A stretch of 64,000 nt of DNA from Octopus sinensis. Taxonomy: Eukaryota. Under the pieces are notes generated by a model, which was not told the DNA's origin, did no database searches, and saw nothing but the letters and a program-made list of their open reading frames with translations. Shown piece by piece: positions 24,931 through 38,736 of the stretch. The DNA is taken from positions 84,940,001 through 85,004,000 of the forward strand of contig NC_043000.1 of the NCBI RefSeq assembly GCF_006345805.1, in the 5' to 3' direction. How positions within the stretch are numbered: the stretch's first letter is position 1; each line of letters begins with the position of its first letter. A program made the translations under genes and the position numbers.

Positions 24931-26899
24931 TACATATACACATACATATATGCATGTATATGTACATATGTACACACACTCGCACATGCACGCACACACA
25001 CACACACGCTCCCGCGCACGCACACGTTTCCATGCGCAATCGCTTTAGATCTCCGCGTTCTTTCCTTTTTACAGAGAATGACATAATTAATAGACAGGCT
25101 CCTCTAACACATAATATTCTAATTATTTCTCTCAGTTAACAGGAATAGAACACTCAATGTCGATAGATAGAACCTGTTAAGTATGACATCAAGTCAACAT
25201 TTTCAAGGTGAATGGGTTTATGGCTGCATTCCAGAAAGTTGGCCTTTCTTTTAGTGTATTTACCTACGAATATTTTAGGATTGGCCTTTTTACATATTTT
25301 GGCCAAGAATGCTTGAGATAATTGCAATCATCTTTCGCATTTTTATTTTTCATTTTCCAATATTGATTTGCATAAAGTGGGGTACAAATCAATGATGTAA
25401 TTGAGTGCTTTGGAGAGAAAATGAAGGAAGAGGCCAACGTTTGATATGTACGTTCGCCATGAGAGAGATCTGTGATGGTGAGATCGAATATTTGGAGCGG
25501 TCTCGAGGGGCCTAGTTGCATACTGCTAATGTCTAGGGGTGGTGTGATCTACGTTGATGTTCTCTTGATATGATCACAGCTAAAGGGCTTTTCTTTTTAG
25601 CTGTTGAAGGAGACATGATTGACATGGTCGCTCTGGGAGATGTTCCCGAAATCCTTAGGTTACTCTCTCCATGGAATCAGCACAGGTTTTATGTGAGATA
25701 TTTAATTTGTTTGTGTATGGTATTTGGGTGGAAAAGATTAAGAAAGAACCATGTAGGATCACTTACCTGTGTAAGAGCAAGTGTTGTTGGTTGTGACATC
25801 AACCTGGTCAGTGATGTATAGGAGGAAGAGTGAGGAGTAGGGAACGGAACACTGGGGAATGTACAATTATTATTGAGGTAAGACAAATACAGATTGAAGT
25901 GATAGGCCAATCAAATAAGAGATTTCCCGACTCAACAGAAATTTTATAGAACTTTTATTGCTTAAAACACATTATTTTACAATCAGCAATTCTGCTTGTT
26001 GTTGTTGTTGTTACAGGGAAGCTAATCTGATTGATGACAAGTTAAAAGTAATTTACTTGTATCCTATCCAGGTGGATACCTGTGTTATTTCTCATTAACT
26101 TTCTTACATTGGAACCTCATATAATAGCCGGTCTTGTGGCCAACGTACGTCTGAAACAACAAATAGATAAATAGAATAAGATGTAAGATATATTAAACAT
26201 TAGGATGGTTATGAGAAGAAATGATAAGAGTGAGTTTATGTAGAAGTTGTATAAATTTTGGAGAACAAAGGCTTCAGTCCAGAAAGAAATGAAAAAGATA
26301 CAATCAGAGGAAGGGGAAGGAGATGTATATAACATTCATGAGTAAAGTTTTGCCTTTCTATCGAGCAGTTTTTACTTCTAAATTATATTTGTTAATTCAA
26401 GTTTGCCAGAATTGTCTACAAGCGAATGAATAAAGTGATGAATGGTTTGCGTGTAATGACGTAAGCCCGTGTCCAACCGTTTGATTCTACGCACTGTCAC
26501 TGGTCACAAGAATACAACCATTCCAACCTAATGAACTTAAACACGTAATTATGGATCTTCAACAGAGATATAATGAAATATATTCCGGGAAATAACGTAG
26601 ACTCACTCACTGTCATTCAATATTGCTTCTGTTTCAGTACATCGGCAAGGTTTAAAACAGTCCCTGTCCATCCCTTCACTTACCGAGAAACAAGACATAC
26701 AACAATGGAACTGGTGAGAAATCTATAAGTATTTTGCTTTGGTGCAAAAATGAAAACTAAATCATTTTCCTGTGAGAAAAACCCAGAAATGTTATATTCC
26801 ATTTTGTTTTGGGACAAAAGGATATTTCTTGGCGTTTTGCTATTGAAGGTGTTCTATTGTTATGGCAGAGACACAGTAGGAGGTGGGAAGACAGACAGC

Positions 26900-26986
<87 letters not shown>

Positions 26987-27000
26987 GGATAGATAGATAG
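26900..27000. repeat. (GATA)n microsatellite
   Basis: Direct reading. Confidence 0.97.
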
Positions 27001-27109
27001 TGGTGATGAAATATGAAGAGACAACTATGCAAACATTGAAATATATATAACACAAGCAGAACACCTCAATTTTTGTTGAAGAGGAAAGAGATGATTCCCA
27101 TGGAGTATT

Positions 27110-27252
27110 TTATCTACTTATTTTATCAGTCATTGACACCGGAAGGATAGAAAATAAAGTCGACACCGGCTGGATTCGAGCTCAGAACTTAGTAAAGAGC
27201 AGCTAAAAACCGCAAGGAATCTTGGCAGTCGCATACCAATTCTGCCAACCAG
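27110..27252 (-). mobile_element. Degenerate SINE family A
   Basis: AAAGTCGAC...GGATTCGAGCTCAGAAC, reverse complement of the family A core. Confidence 0.6.
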
Positions 27253-27749
27253 CTAAGTTGAAGCAGAAAAAGAAGAAAGAAATGAATAGATTCAGGAAAA
27301 GAAGAGGAGATGGGATCAAAGAGAGCGATAAATTAAGAGGTAGAGAGCTTAAATTGTTAGAGATAGTAAAGGAAGTATGAGAGACAGATAGACAGATACA
27401 TAGAGAGAGAGAGGGAAGGAGAAGGAGAGACGAAATATCAGAGACTGAAGCATTGGGAGAGTAGTGTGGCAGTGGTGATGTTGATGGTGGAGGTGGTGGT
27501 AGTGGGTGCTGATGAGTGTATGTTTGGGGGTGTGTGAGTGTGAAGTACCGAAAATAGATGATGTTATCGTGGCATTTGTTGCTGATGTTTATTCCAAGAC
27601 TTCGCTTGTTGTTCTTGATGTCTTGTTACTTTACAATTCTCGCAAAACTGCTATTTTACATCGCCTTCATCTTGACGGCACACTTCTGCAAACCACATCA
27701 GTCTACTTACTTAACTTGCAGTGACAGCTGCTGTCACGTATAACACGAA

Positions 27750-27881
27750 CACACACACACACACACACACACAACACACACACGCACACACACACACACA
27801 CATACACACAGGCACACACACATTTGTATGTATATGATGTGTGTGTACGCGCGTGTATGAGTGTATATATATGCCTGTATG

Positions 27882-27924
<43 letters not shown>

Positions 27925-28420
27925 TATATATGTATATACATATATATATATATAGTTTATATTCATACACACATGCACATACATCTAGATACACACATAC
28001 AAATGTGAATATACAAATAGGCATATGCATACATAAAATATATACGTGTATGTATCTATTATGAATATGCTATCTGTTTTATATATGAATATATATGTAC
28101 ATGAATATATATATGAGTATATATATATATATATATGTGTATATATATATATATATACACACACACACATATATATATATACATACATGCATATATTCAT
28201 ATACATTTATATACATATATATATATATACATATATATACACACACATATATACTATATATATATGTGTGTGTATGTATATATATACACACACACACACA
28301 TATATATATATACATATATACATATATATGTATATACTATATACGTAAATATTCATATACATTTATATACATATATATATATACATTTATATACATATAT
28401 ATACATACACACATCTATAT
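27750..28420. repeat. Compound (CA)/(TA)/(TACA) microsatellite field
   Basis: Direct reading. Confidence 0.92.
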
Positions 28421-28899
28421 ATATGCATGGCCATATTCATACGCATATGCATACACATATACACGCTGCAATGTAAGACTGAGGAGGAGAGAGGCAGATA
28501 GAAAGAGGCAGAAGGAGACAGGGAGAGACAGAGAGAGGCCAAAACAAAACAAAAAATATTGCATACACATTAAATAACAACAATGACTTGATTCAATAAT
28601 GCAAAGCATTGAAACAAACACTTTTCTAATAAGCAGAAACAACTGAGAGGGCGTCCATCTTTCATAATGAATGTTTCAATGAGGGTTTTCATGTTTGCTT
28701 TACGAAATTGGTTTGATGTTTTGTATGGGTTTTATTATCTTCTTTCTTATAATTTTATTTATTTTATATGAAGAACTGTCATCTCCATTGAAATAAATGG
28801 AATCCGGTAAATGGCATTGGGAAGGCACAAAAGAAAGGAAGCAAGGAATATCGAGGAAAATAATGATACCTATACTACTAATGCTACTATAACTTCCAA

Positions 28900-29269
28900 G
28901 ATTATGATGGTGATGGTGATGGTGATGGTGGTGGTGCTGTTACTGAGGTTGGTGGTAGTGGTGTTGGTGTTAGTGTGGGGAATGTACTGTTCTTGTTGCT
29001 GTCATTGACGTTGTTACATGGTGGGGGTGTAGGCAATAGATGTACGTGGTGGTGGTGGTGGTGGTGGTGCTGCTGCTGCTGGGGATCTTGGTGGTGGTGG
29101 TGGTGGTGGTGCTGTTGCTGCTGCTACTGCTGGTGATCTTGGCGGTGGTGATGGTGGTGGTGGTGGTGGTGGTGCTGCTGCTGCTGCTGCTGGTGACCTT
29201 GGTGTGGGTGGTGATCGCTGTAGTTACAGTAGTGGTGAAAAAGAAATTAATGATGATGATGATGACAAC

Positions 29270-29326
<57 letters not shown>

Positions 29327-29570
29327 GGTGGTGGTGGTGGTGGTGGTGGTGGTGGTGGTGGTGGTGGTGGTGGTGGTGATGGTGGTGGTGGCAGTGTGGG
29401 GAGTGTGATGATGATGATGATGATGAGGAGGAGGAGGAGGAGGGAGAGGAGGATTGATCGATGGTGGTGGTGGTGGTGGTGGTGGTGGTGACGACGATGG
29501 TGATGATGAGGAGGAGGAGGACAAGGACGACGACGATGACGACGTCGAAGGCTATGATGATGATGATGAT
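28900..29570. repeat. Compound trinucleotide repeats (GGT/GCT/GAT/GAG)
   Basis: Direct reading; gives poly-V/T/G/D/P pseudo-ORFs. Confidence 0.95.
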
Positions 29571-29675
29571 CCCATGTTTCTTAACATCCCTTTTTTCTCA
29601 CAACAATACAATAATATAGACATTTTAAAGCGGGAAACATAATTACAATAATAATTACAACGATTATCGTAATGA

Positions 29676-29841
29676 TAATGGTTTCAACTTTTGGCCAGCA
29701 GTTTCGGGAGTGGAAGTAAGTCAATTACATAAACCCCAGTGATCAACAGTTACTTGTTTTATCGACCCCAAAATGATGGAAAGTAATGTCGACCTCGGTG
29801 GAATTTGAACTCAGAACGTAAGGATGGACGAAGCACCTCAA

Positions 29842-29878
<37 letters not shown>

Positions 29879-30268
29879 CTCCTGTAGCAATTTTCAGTGG
29901 CGAGGAGATTTGTCCATTACATCAACCACAGTCCTTAACTGGTACTTTATTTTTATCGATCTCGAAATGATGAAAGCAAAGTCAACCTCGGAGGGAATTG
30001 AGATTAAAGAGCCGAAACAGATAAGGCATTTTACCTGACACTTAAAGGATTTCGCCAATTTACTAATAATAATAATAATAATGGTTTCAAATTTTACCAC
30101 AAGGGCAGCAATTTGGTGGGAGGGGATGAGTCGATTACATCGACCCCAGTCTTTAACTGGTACTTATTTTATCTACCCTGAGAAGATGAAAGGCGAAACC
30201 GATACTAAACGACGGAAGAAATGCCCTTAAGCATTTTGTCCAGTGCAGTTACGATTCTGCCAGCTCGC
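29676..30268 (-). mobile_element. Cluster of three degenerate SINE family A fragments
   Basis: Repeated ACTGGTACTT...ATCGACC...GAAAGGCAAAGTCGACCTCGG-like blocks at about 29740, 29940 and 30160. Confidence 0.7.
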
Positions 30269-30358
30269 TAAACAAATAACGAAAACTATGGTGCTAGATA
30301 AACATTAATAGCGTTAGTAAGATCGGACAAACAAGTAGAATCAATAACTAAAATGTGA

Positions 30359-30407
<49 letters not shown>

Positions 30408-31851
30408 TGGGGAGAGTCATATTGCCTTACAGTGAGTGTGTGTGCGTGTCTATAAGAGAAGGTGAATATATGTATATATTTCTGTATGAAAATGCATATA
30501 AGTGAAATAATATCTTTCAATAAAAAAATATGGCTGAACTTTAGGAAAAATATCTTTAATGAAAATGCAGACGTCTTAAAACTGTTTATTTGGATTGTGT
30601 CATAATTTGAATAACATTAAAAAGAAGTGGGGGAAGAAAGCTAATAGTGCTTAGCTATCATATGCAAACAAATTATCTGAGATATTTCAGAGAGTTTTTA
30701 TGGTAACTACCCACGTCTAAATTACCATTTTGTTGACCTTGAAACATTGCAAGTAAGGTAATGGAAAATCTACATAAAACAGTCGTGAAGGAAGTATGAA
30801 TTGCTTGTCAATATCAACAAGGTAATAAATCTCCGTCTTGTTTAGCCGATGTACATGTTTGTTTGACTATCGTTTCAATTACAATAGTCTCACGTATGTA
30901 GTACAGTGAGTTAAAAAAATATTCAAACAACTTCAATTTTCCGAGCAGTTAGTGGTCAAAAACTCCTTCAAGGTATTTGAAAATCTAAAAATAGCAAACA
31001 AGGGAGATGTGATTAGAATGTTGCGGGAAAGAATCGCAAGATGGAATCTTTAAGCCGAGCCAACTAGTAGGAGACCTAAGAGTAAACCAAGTACAACATG
31101 GTCGGATAGTATCGATAGTGCCAGTTGGTCTTGCTTGTGAATCCAGCTAAAAAGTATAATGATAGCTGCTTCTGACAGGATCCAATAGTGGAGGTACCTG
31201 AGGACACGATCTTCTCAGGCACAGAGAACGGAGCAGATAGAAGAGTGGATGAATAGGAAAATCTTCTGAAAAAAATAACTGGATATACAAAGTGTTTCAT
31301 AATGATGGGTCAAAGTTTAAAACAAGTAACTATGACCAAAAAAGCACATTTATCAAGTAACGAGCTTGTAAATTACAATTAAAATGTGTTCTATCATATT
31401 AAAGGACTTTGTAAATATAATTGTTCTTGCATAATTTATTTTAGAACAATCCAGAAAATTATGATTACGACCGGTATATAAATGTAATCCCCTTTATTTG
31501 AAATCAGTTTGAGAAGTGCCAATGCATGAAACTTTCTGCCTTTGAGTCACTCTATAACTTCTGCTGATTATTAATAATGAAAATACATATTTACTCATGT
31601 TTTGGGTTCTTTTTTTTTTTCTTGTTAGCATCACGAAATTCATGTTGGTATTTTTGTTGTTGTCCTTCGTGCCCAGAACATCAGCCTTCTAAAATCGTGT
31701 CCCTGTTTATGTGTTGCCAGCTAATGCTGACCTGCAATTGTTTAGATATAGAACATTAACAACGTCACTCTCACCAATTTCAAAAGACCTTCAAAGGACA
31801 TACACACTACTATCCCTTCGTCCAGATTCAGCAAGTAAATAAAAAAGCTGC

Positions 31852-32275
31852 GCAAGAGTGGCTATGTGGTTAAAAATCTTTCTCTCTCTTCATGTCATCA
31901 CGGGTTCAGTCCCGCTGTGTGGTACCTTGAGCGAGTCTGTTCTACAAAAGCCCCGACCTGGCCAAAGCCTTGTGAGTAGATTCGGTAGACGGAAATTCAA
32001 AGAAACATATTGTATATACATAAGTGTATGTATGCGCGCGCGTGTGTGTCTGTCTGTCTGTCTGTGTTTGCATCTGTGCTTGTGCTCCGCACCACCACTT
32101 GACTACCGTAACTTAGCGGTTCGGCAAAAGATTCCAGCCCACTAAGTACCAGGCTTTAAAAAATAAATACTGGGGTTGATTCATTCGACTAAAACTCTCT
32201 CAGGCGGTGCCCCAGCATGGCCGCAATTTACTGACTGAAACAAGTAAAAGACAGAGACATATATATGACAGACAT
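31852..32275 (+). mobile_element. tRNA-derived SINE family B (with internal microsatellite)
   Basis: GTGGCTATGTGGTTAA...GGGTTCAGTCCC head; CCAAAGCCTTGTGAGT..GGTAGACGGAAA; CTTAGCGGTTCGGCAAAAG; CCAGCATGGCCGCA..GACTGAAACAAGTAAAAG tail. Confidence 0.85.
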
Positions 32276-32297
32276 ACACACACACACACACACACAC

Positions 32298-32352
<55 letters not shown>

Positions 32353-32445
32353 TATATATATGTATATAAACAACTTATAATAAGGGCAAACGAAAAAATT
32401 TCTAATGCCAAATATGCCGAAAAATTGGACATATTGTACATTACC

Positions 32446-32677
32446 TATTTCTTTATTACCCACAAGGGGCTAAACATAGAGGGGACAAACAAGGACAGGC
32501 ATAGGTATTATGTCGATTACATCGACCCCAGTGCGTAACTGGTACTTAATTTATCAACCCCGAAAGGATGAAAGGCAAAGTCGACCTCGGCGGAATTTGA
32601 ACTCACAACGTAACGGCAGACGAAGTACCGCAAAGCATTTCGCCCGGTGTGCTAACGCTTCTGCTAGCTCGCCGCCT
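32446..32677 (-). mobile_element. Full-length SINE family A with 15-bp TSD and Tx1/L1-like tail
   Basis: TSD ATATTGT(A/C)CATTACC at 32431-32445 / 32678-32692; head AGGCGGCGAGCT; tail CTATGTTTAGCCCCTTGTGGGTAATAAAGAAATA. Confidence 0.9.
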
Positions 32678-32766
32678 ATATTGTCCATTACCATATAATT
32701 TTTCACAATACGCACGCTACTCGAAAAAAAAAAAAAGCCGACAGAAATTTCTAAAAAATTCCATTA

Positions 32767-32826
32767 TTACCATATCGGACCGATTTCAGGGTTAGTTCGT
32801 AAGAACCCTCCCTTCGTCAGTGATAA
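32767..32826 (-). ncRNA. Type I hammerhead ribozyme motif (near-canonical)
   Basis: Stem I UUAUCA/UGGUAA; CUGACGA; stem II AGGG/CCCU with inner GUUC/GAAC; GAAA; stem III AUCGG-U-CCGAU; AUA cleavage triplet. Confidence 0.78.
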
Positions 32827-33204
32827 ATGTGGTAAAGAAATAAATGAGATACTTACTCATACCCATGGAACAAGCAAAACACTAAGTCATGAGCACAATT
32901 AAGTACCCCAAATACATCCAAAATAGAAATACTCCAGCCCATTCAAGACACGTGTGATTTGAACTGAGGCTCTCACAGAGTGAGAGAGTCCGGAAGTGAG
33001 CACTTAAATTTATATTTAATGTAGGATAAAACGTTTTCGAGAAAAAATTTTTTATCAATGGCCAGCATATTAAAAATTACCTTTAAAGGTTAAAATTATA
33101 AACAATTTATAAATAAGGGCAAACGAAAAAATTTCTAATGCCAAATATGCCGAAAATTTGGACATATTGTCCATTACCATATAATTTTTCATATATATAT
33201 ATAT

Positions 33205-33420
33205 GGAGTGGGTTCTTTGCGTTTGTGATTATCCACCACCACCGCTTGACAACCAGTGTTCGTTTGTTTACGTCCCCGTACTTAGCGGTTCGGCAAAGAA
33301 GAACCGATAGAATAAGTACCAGGCCTTCAAAAATAGATCCTAGGGTCGATTTGTTCGTTAAAACTGTCCAAAGCGATGCCCTTAGCATGACTGCAGTCCA
33401 ATGACTAGAACAAATAAAAA
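33205..33420 (+). mobile_element. SINE family B, 3' half
   Basis: CCGCTTGACAACC..CTTAGCGGTTCGGCAAAG..AATAAGTACCAGG..GCATGACTGCAGTC. Confidence 0.8.
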
Positions 33421-34669
33421 GAATGTTTCAACAAACCAGCTTCTAATCACCTCCTACCAATAACAGATATCCACGAATTCTTACGTAGAACATTGGGTAA
33501 CCACTGACAGTTATTCTAGTCTAGTTAGTTTTAATTATCGCCATTTATACACCTCGCTGTTATTTATTTCCTCCATCCAACATGGCTAACAACCACAAAA
33601 TTAGGTGACTATTTCTGTCCAGTTGTTGTATTGTATAATTACTTAAATATTCACTCGGGTGTTTCAGAAACGACTGAACTTTGGAATTCTAACTTTGTTT
33701 CTATCATTCATTGATCACTGACAAATACTTCTTTTCTGACTTCTTTTATTTTTATTTTATTTATTTATTCATTTATTTATTGATTTGGCGTCATAAACTT
33801 TCGAGAGAACGTGAAATAATTTATTTTTTTGATAATTGGAGCTCGAAGTACATCCCATAAAACTATAGATAATAGCATATTCATATTGGGTTAAAAAAAA
33901 TTTTTGAACGGAAAATAATGTGGTTTACCTCCGATGTTTTCTATCGAAAAATGATTTTTAATTCAATATTTACGTGCTATTATTTATAGCTTTATGTGCC
34001 GTACTTCGTGATCCAATCTTCCAAGAAACATTTATTTATTTATTTATTTATTTATCTATTTAATAGAAATTTTGCGCTTTATAGCAATTTATTTGGATGT
34101 GTTGTTATACAGAAAACAAGTTTAGTTATGTTTCATACGCAAAAGGAGATAGATTGAAATTATGGGTTTTTCTATCTTTCTCGACAACGGGCATCCAGTT
34201 TTTCGACCGACAGAATACATAATGCTGAAATTAAGGTGTAACAGGTTGCATATTCCAGGTACTTGTGCCCTTAATGCAAATTTTCAGGCTGGAAAAGCGT
34301 TACGCAGCAATATAACAAGGGAGAACTTTTGAAATAAAGGTTCAAACTAGAAAATTAAAGAAAAATCGTACCCCGTACTGAACTAGTACCTTATATATCG
34401 ACTCCGATAAGAATATAACACGAAGTTCACCTTGGCGGGATTCGAACTCAGAGCGCTACTGCGAGACATTATCCCCCTCGGAACAAAACTACAGGTAATA
34501 CAAAAAAACGAAATGTAGTGGAAATAGGTTTGTAAATATAGATAGCCATGGATTTTCTTCCAGAATTTGTTTGCTGTAATAGTTAACTATATTAAACAAA
34601 TACTAACCAAATACAATGCTAATGCAATTTCGTTTCTTTCTATTCGTCAATATTTCTTCCAATAGGAAG

Positions 34670-34855
34670 ACAGCGAGTAGGCAAAATGTTTAGCGGCATT
34701 TCGTTGGTCTTTATGTTCTGACTTTAAATTCCACCGACATCAACTTTGCCTTTCATTCTCATGAGGTCGATAAAATAAGCTACCATTCTGGGATCGATGT
34801 AATCGACTTATTCCATTCCCCGAAATTGCTGGCCTTATTCCAAAATTTGAAATCA
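34670..34855 (+). mobile_element. SINE family A
   Basis: GCAAAATGTTTAGCGGCATTTCG...CAACTTTGCCTTTCAT...GGTCGATAAAATAAG. Confidence 0.75.
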
Positions 34856-37800
34856 GTGTTTCTTCCAATAAGATGCGTGAGTTAATTCAATCTAGCACAA
34901 CTTGTTTTTCTAATGATTGTTTCTAAAATAACGGTAGATGTCATGATTGTGTGGTCAATATGTTCGCTTTGCAACTGCGTGGATCAGGGTTCTATCTTGT
35001 AACGCGGCACTTGTTCGACTACCATAATCACGGTATAACCAATACGTTATGTGTTAAATTTAGTAAACAGAAATTGTGGAGGGCGCGTGAGAGGGTGTGT
35101 ATGTATGAGAAAGAGAGAGAGGGGGAGGTTGAACAAGACCAATACAACTAACAAAATTACTTTCTTACATGTAGTTGTAAGCGAGTTATTTCCCTTCACG
35201 CTTTCGGCGACTTTACCATTCGGAAATCGATCAAGGAAGTTGTAGATAAAGTACTGGGAGAGGGGTAGTGTAATCAATTAAAACCCTTGATCGCGCTACT
35301 CCAGCATGATCTCAGTCCAATGACTAAAATAGCTGAGAGAAAAACTTCATAAATTTTAAATTTTTATATTCGTTTACCAAAATGTTGAGTCGTAATCTTA
35401 GCAGCATCGATTAAATGGTATTGAGGAATATGAGGAACAAGAGGAGATTTTAATGAGATACGTGTGCAAACAGCACGAAAGCTGAACAGTAGAGAATGTC
35501 ATATTTTGACAAGGTTGATAATAACAAATAATAATGTAGGAGGAAGAAAGAAAAGCTGGGTGTATGAAATAGGAGGGAGGCGGAGACGATGGTGACGATC
35601 ATCATCAACAGCAGAAGCGTCATTATCCTTTTATTCGTAGCCATGAGCATAGATGGCGATGGTGAATATAACGTGAATGATTATTCCCCAGACCAAAATT
35701 TATCGCATGCCTCAGGAAGAGAGCGAGCAATATGCTTGATGCATGATTACGCAATTAACCACAGCAAGCAGCAGCAAACATGTGGAATGACAGACGTTGC
35801 AGAGAAGCGATAGTATTATGATGCCCAGCAAGTAAAGGAAGCCAAATCAGATGTCCATATTTCACTTGCGTACAGCTTTCATACAGGGTAAAAGATTACG
35901 CATAATGATTCTGATATTGACAGCAAAATTAAAGTAATTAAACAATGGAGCCAGGAATGCCTCACTGAACAGCGACAAGGTTTAAATTACATACTATGTC
36001 CACTTTAAAGATTGGCATTCACGAGTTTATCCTTCTGTCCATGTTAATTTCTTTATTTCCTTCACCTGGGGTCGGTAAAATGAATACTTTCAATATTTTA
36101 GGTTAAATGCAAACCTTACCTGTCGCCCAGTTCAACATTCCACCTGGTCCTTGAGTGCCCTACTCTCTTACAAGCGTTCGGATAAACAAGATGTTTAGCT
36201 TAAAGATAGTTAACTCTGTACATTGATGTTCTACTTCTTATTGCAGCAACCTATCATTCGTGGTTCCTTTCAAGCTCAAAATCACAAGGTCAAACGCGCG
36301 GTCTTGCCGTCGTGAGCACAACAGTTACGCCACTAGGCCACACATATTTACTGACCTATCTACAGCGACGGCATAGCGAGCATTCTATGCACAAGGTATT
36401 GCCAACAGATAAACCAATAGCACTTGTTTCTTTCACAAGAAAGGAAAGAACATGCACTCTAATCCAATCAAGTGAAAACTGGAGCAAGGAGCCATGTTCA
36501 GGCGGTACTGTATACCGAAGGTAGCGAGCACGTTCATTACGTCTGCTCGATATTTGAGAGATAGCTTCCTCGGCGAAACAGGCTACTATGCTCTTAACCT
36601 TCTTGAATATCAGCCTGAGATTTGGACCGAATCAGACCCAAAGCAAATTAACCAGTCCAATGCCCACATGACGCTGGCTAACGGTGTGACCATATCCGAC
36701 CTGGTGTTGTTAAAGATTAATCTATTCAAGTTAATCTTTACTTCAGGCTTTCCCTTGACTACGTTTAAAATGGTGCTGCCTATTTCAACTTCTATGGTGT
36801 CTTCCACCATTACGGTACGACAGTGTCTGCATATGCCGGTACGGTTCTCCAATGTCCCACATCGAATGGAATGTCCCTCAATGCTACCAGTTTCGGCGGC
36901 AGTAACTTCAGAATCTGAACATTCAGAATGATATGAAAAATGGATACTCGTGGCATATCGACGTTCAAATCGAGACGGTTCCAAAAGATAGTCGATTAAC
37001 TTGTCGCCATAGAATATGAAAACAATCCAACTCCTGGAACCAAGGTGGAAACCGATTGTTCTGATGATAACCGTCAAATAGCGATGGTCTTCCAACTGAT
37101 CTGCATTGACAGGAGTCCTACATGTGTCAAGTTTGTTAGCTGTATCACAAGATGCAGTTTGTTGTGGATAGATCTGTTCTGAAGCTGTCTACGAGTTGGT
37201 CTACCTTAGCATCACCTCGTCATTAATATGATCACTCTATAGTGATCAGTTTAACGGGTTACACCATAACAACTATATTGGTTTCTTAAAGAAACCCAAG
37301 CGTAGTAATTGATTCCATTACAAGAAACAGAGAGTAGATAATGTTCTTTCAGTTAGATTCGAAACTCTTTTATTTTCAGTGAGGGTGGGTATAGAATACT
37401 CTGAAGTAGTAATGTTAATGCCTTTTTCAAAGACATTAGCAGGAATATTTGAAGTGAGATGTCTTCCACTGAGAATTGAAACTGGTTTACAATTTCCCCC
37501 AGCGAGAGTGTAACTCTTACTCTTTATGGCAACCGAGAGGAGTGAACAATGACCATGTTTCTAAAGTTATTTCACAAAGTAATTAACTCACAATTGAATT
37601 AATGATGTGTCAGAGTCCTATCATATTCGCTCGCTTGATTTGCAAACAAATTATTTAATTTACCATTAAATAATATAACATGCACCTGCTAAACATTATT
37701 ATAAAATCATTTCTATGTAATTCGTACTCGGGAAAAAATTTAAATGAGTCATTTTAAGTAACGGTGTTATAAACCATTCGCAAGCACAACTTCAAAACGC

Positions 37801-38139
37801 AACTTCAATACATATATGTCCTGAGCTATAAATTCAGCAATAAACCTAATTATGCTGATTATTGTTTATTTATGTCGTATTTTTAATGTTTTCAAAAAGA
37901 AAAATAAATAAATTTTAAATGACCAAAGACTAACAAACAATAAACAATTAAGCTATTTATTTTTTTATATGTAAAATAAATGTAAAACATGCAACTTCAT
38001 TCTTGAAATTTATTGTAGCGTTACAAGAAAGCTTTCTAGCACGTGGACGGATGTTATTTACACATTTGATGTTTTTGTATATTGTATATATGTACCAGTG
38101 TATGTGTGTGTGTGTGTGTGTGCCATTGTGTTTGTGTTT

Positions 38140-38335
38140 GTCTCCTACCAGTTCTTGACAACTGGTGTTCGTTTATGCTTGTGTACTTAGCGGTTCGGCA
38201 GAAAGTGTGTAATTGAATAATTGAATAAGTACCAGATTTTCAAATAAATACTGGGATTGATTTGTTCGACTAAACGCTTCAAGGTGGTGCTCCAGCATGA
38301 CCAAAGTGCAATGAGATCAAATGAGTAAAAAGCTA
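38140..38335 (+). mobile_element. SINE family B, 3' half
   Basis: CTTAGCGGTTCGGCAGAA..AATAAGTACC..GGTGGTGCTCCAGCATG. Confidence 0.75.
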
Positions 38336-38359
38336 AATGATATATATATATATATATAT

Positions 38360-38624
38360 AGTAATACTAAATAATTAGGGTTCAGCAAAGATTTGCTTTA
38401 GCACATACTTTTGGTTTTTCTGGAAGTCCCTTTTTAAAGTAGAAGAAATAGCTAAAGTTTTTTTGGCTGCTATTTCTAAACTTCGGTATGTGGTAAAGCA
38501 ATCTTTGCTGAACCCTAATTATTTAGTATTACTTAAGTTTACCATGAAATGATCCTTTTTTCATGCCGAATTCTACTTGGTGAAATTATTGATTACTTCT
38601 TGATTAATTAATTTTACCCTTTGT

Positions 38625-38625
<1 letters not shown>
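38360..38625 (+). mobile_element. Terminal fragment related to the 48201 repeat, with 5' inverted copy, in (TA)n
   Basis: Reverse-complement similarity to 48201-48400 (AGGGTAAAATTAATTAATCA, ATTTCACCAAGT, TAGAAATAGCAGCC); inverted arms 38360-38409 / 38486-38533. Confidence 0.7.
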
Positions 38626-38706
<81 letters not shown>

Positions 38707-38736
38707 ACGTATGTGTATGTATGTGTGTGTATATAT

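Larger units (their letters stand above)
32365..33190 (-). mobile_element. 1.2-mer of a 485-bp hammerhead-bearing unit in (TA)n, interrupted by a SINE
   Basis: Direct repeat 32365-32445+32693-32705 versus 33097-33190; (TA)n flanks; hammerhead at 32767-32826. Confidence 0.8.
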
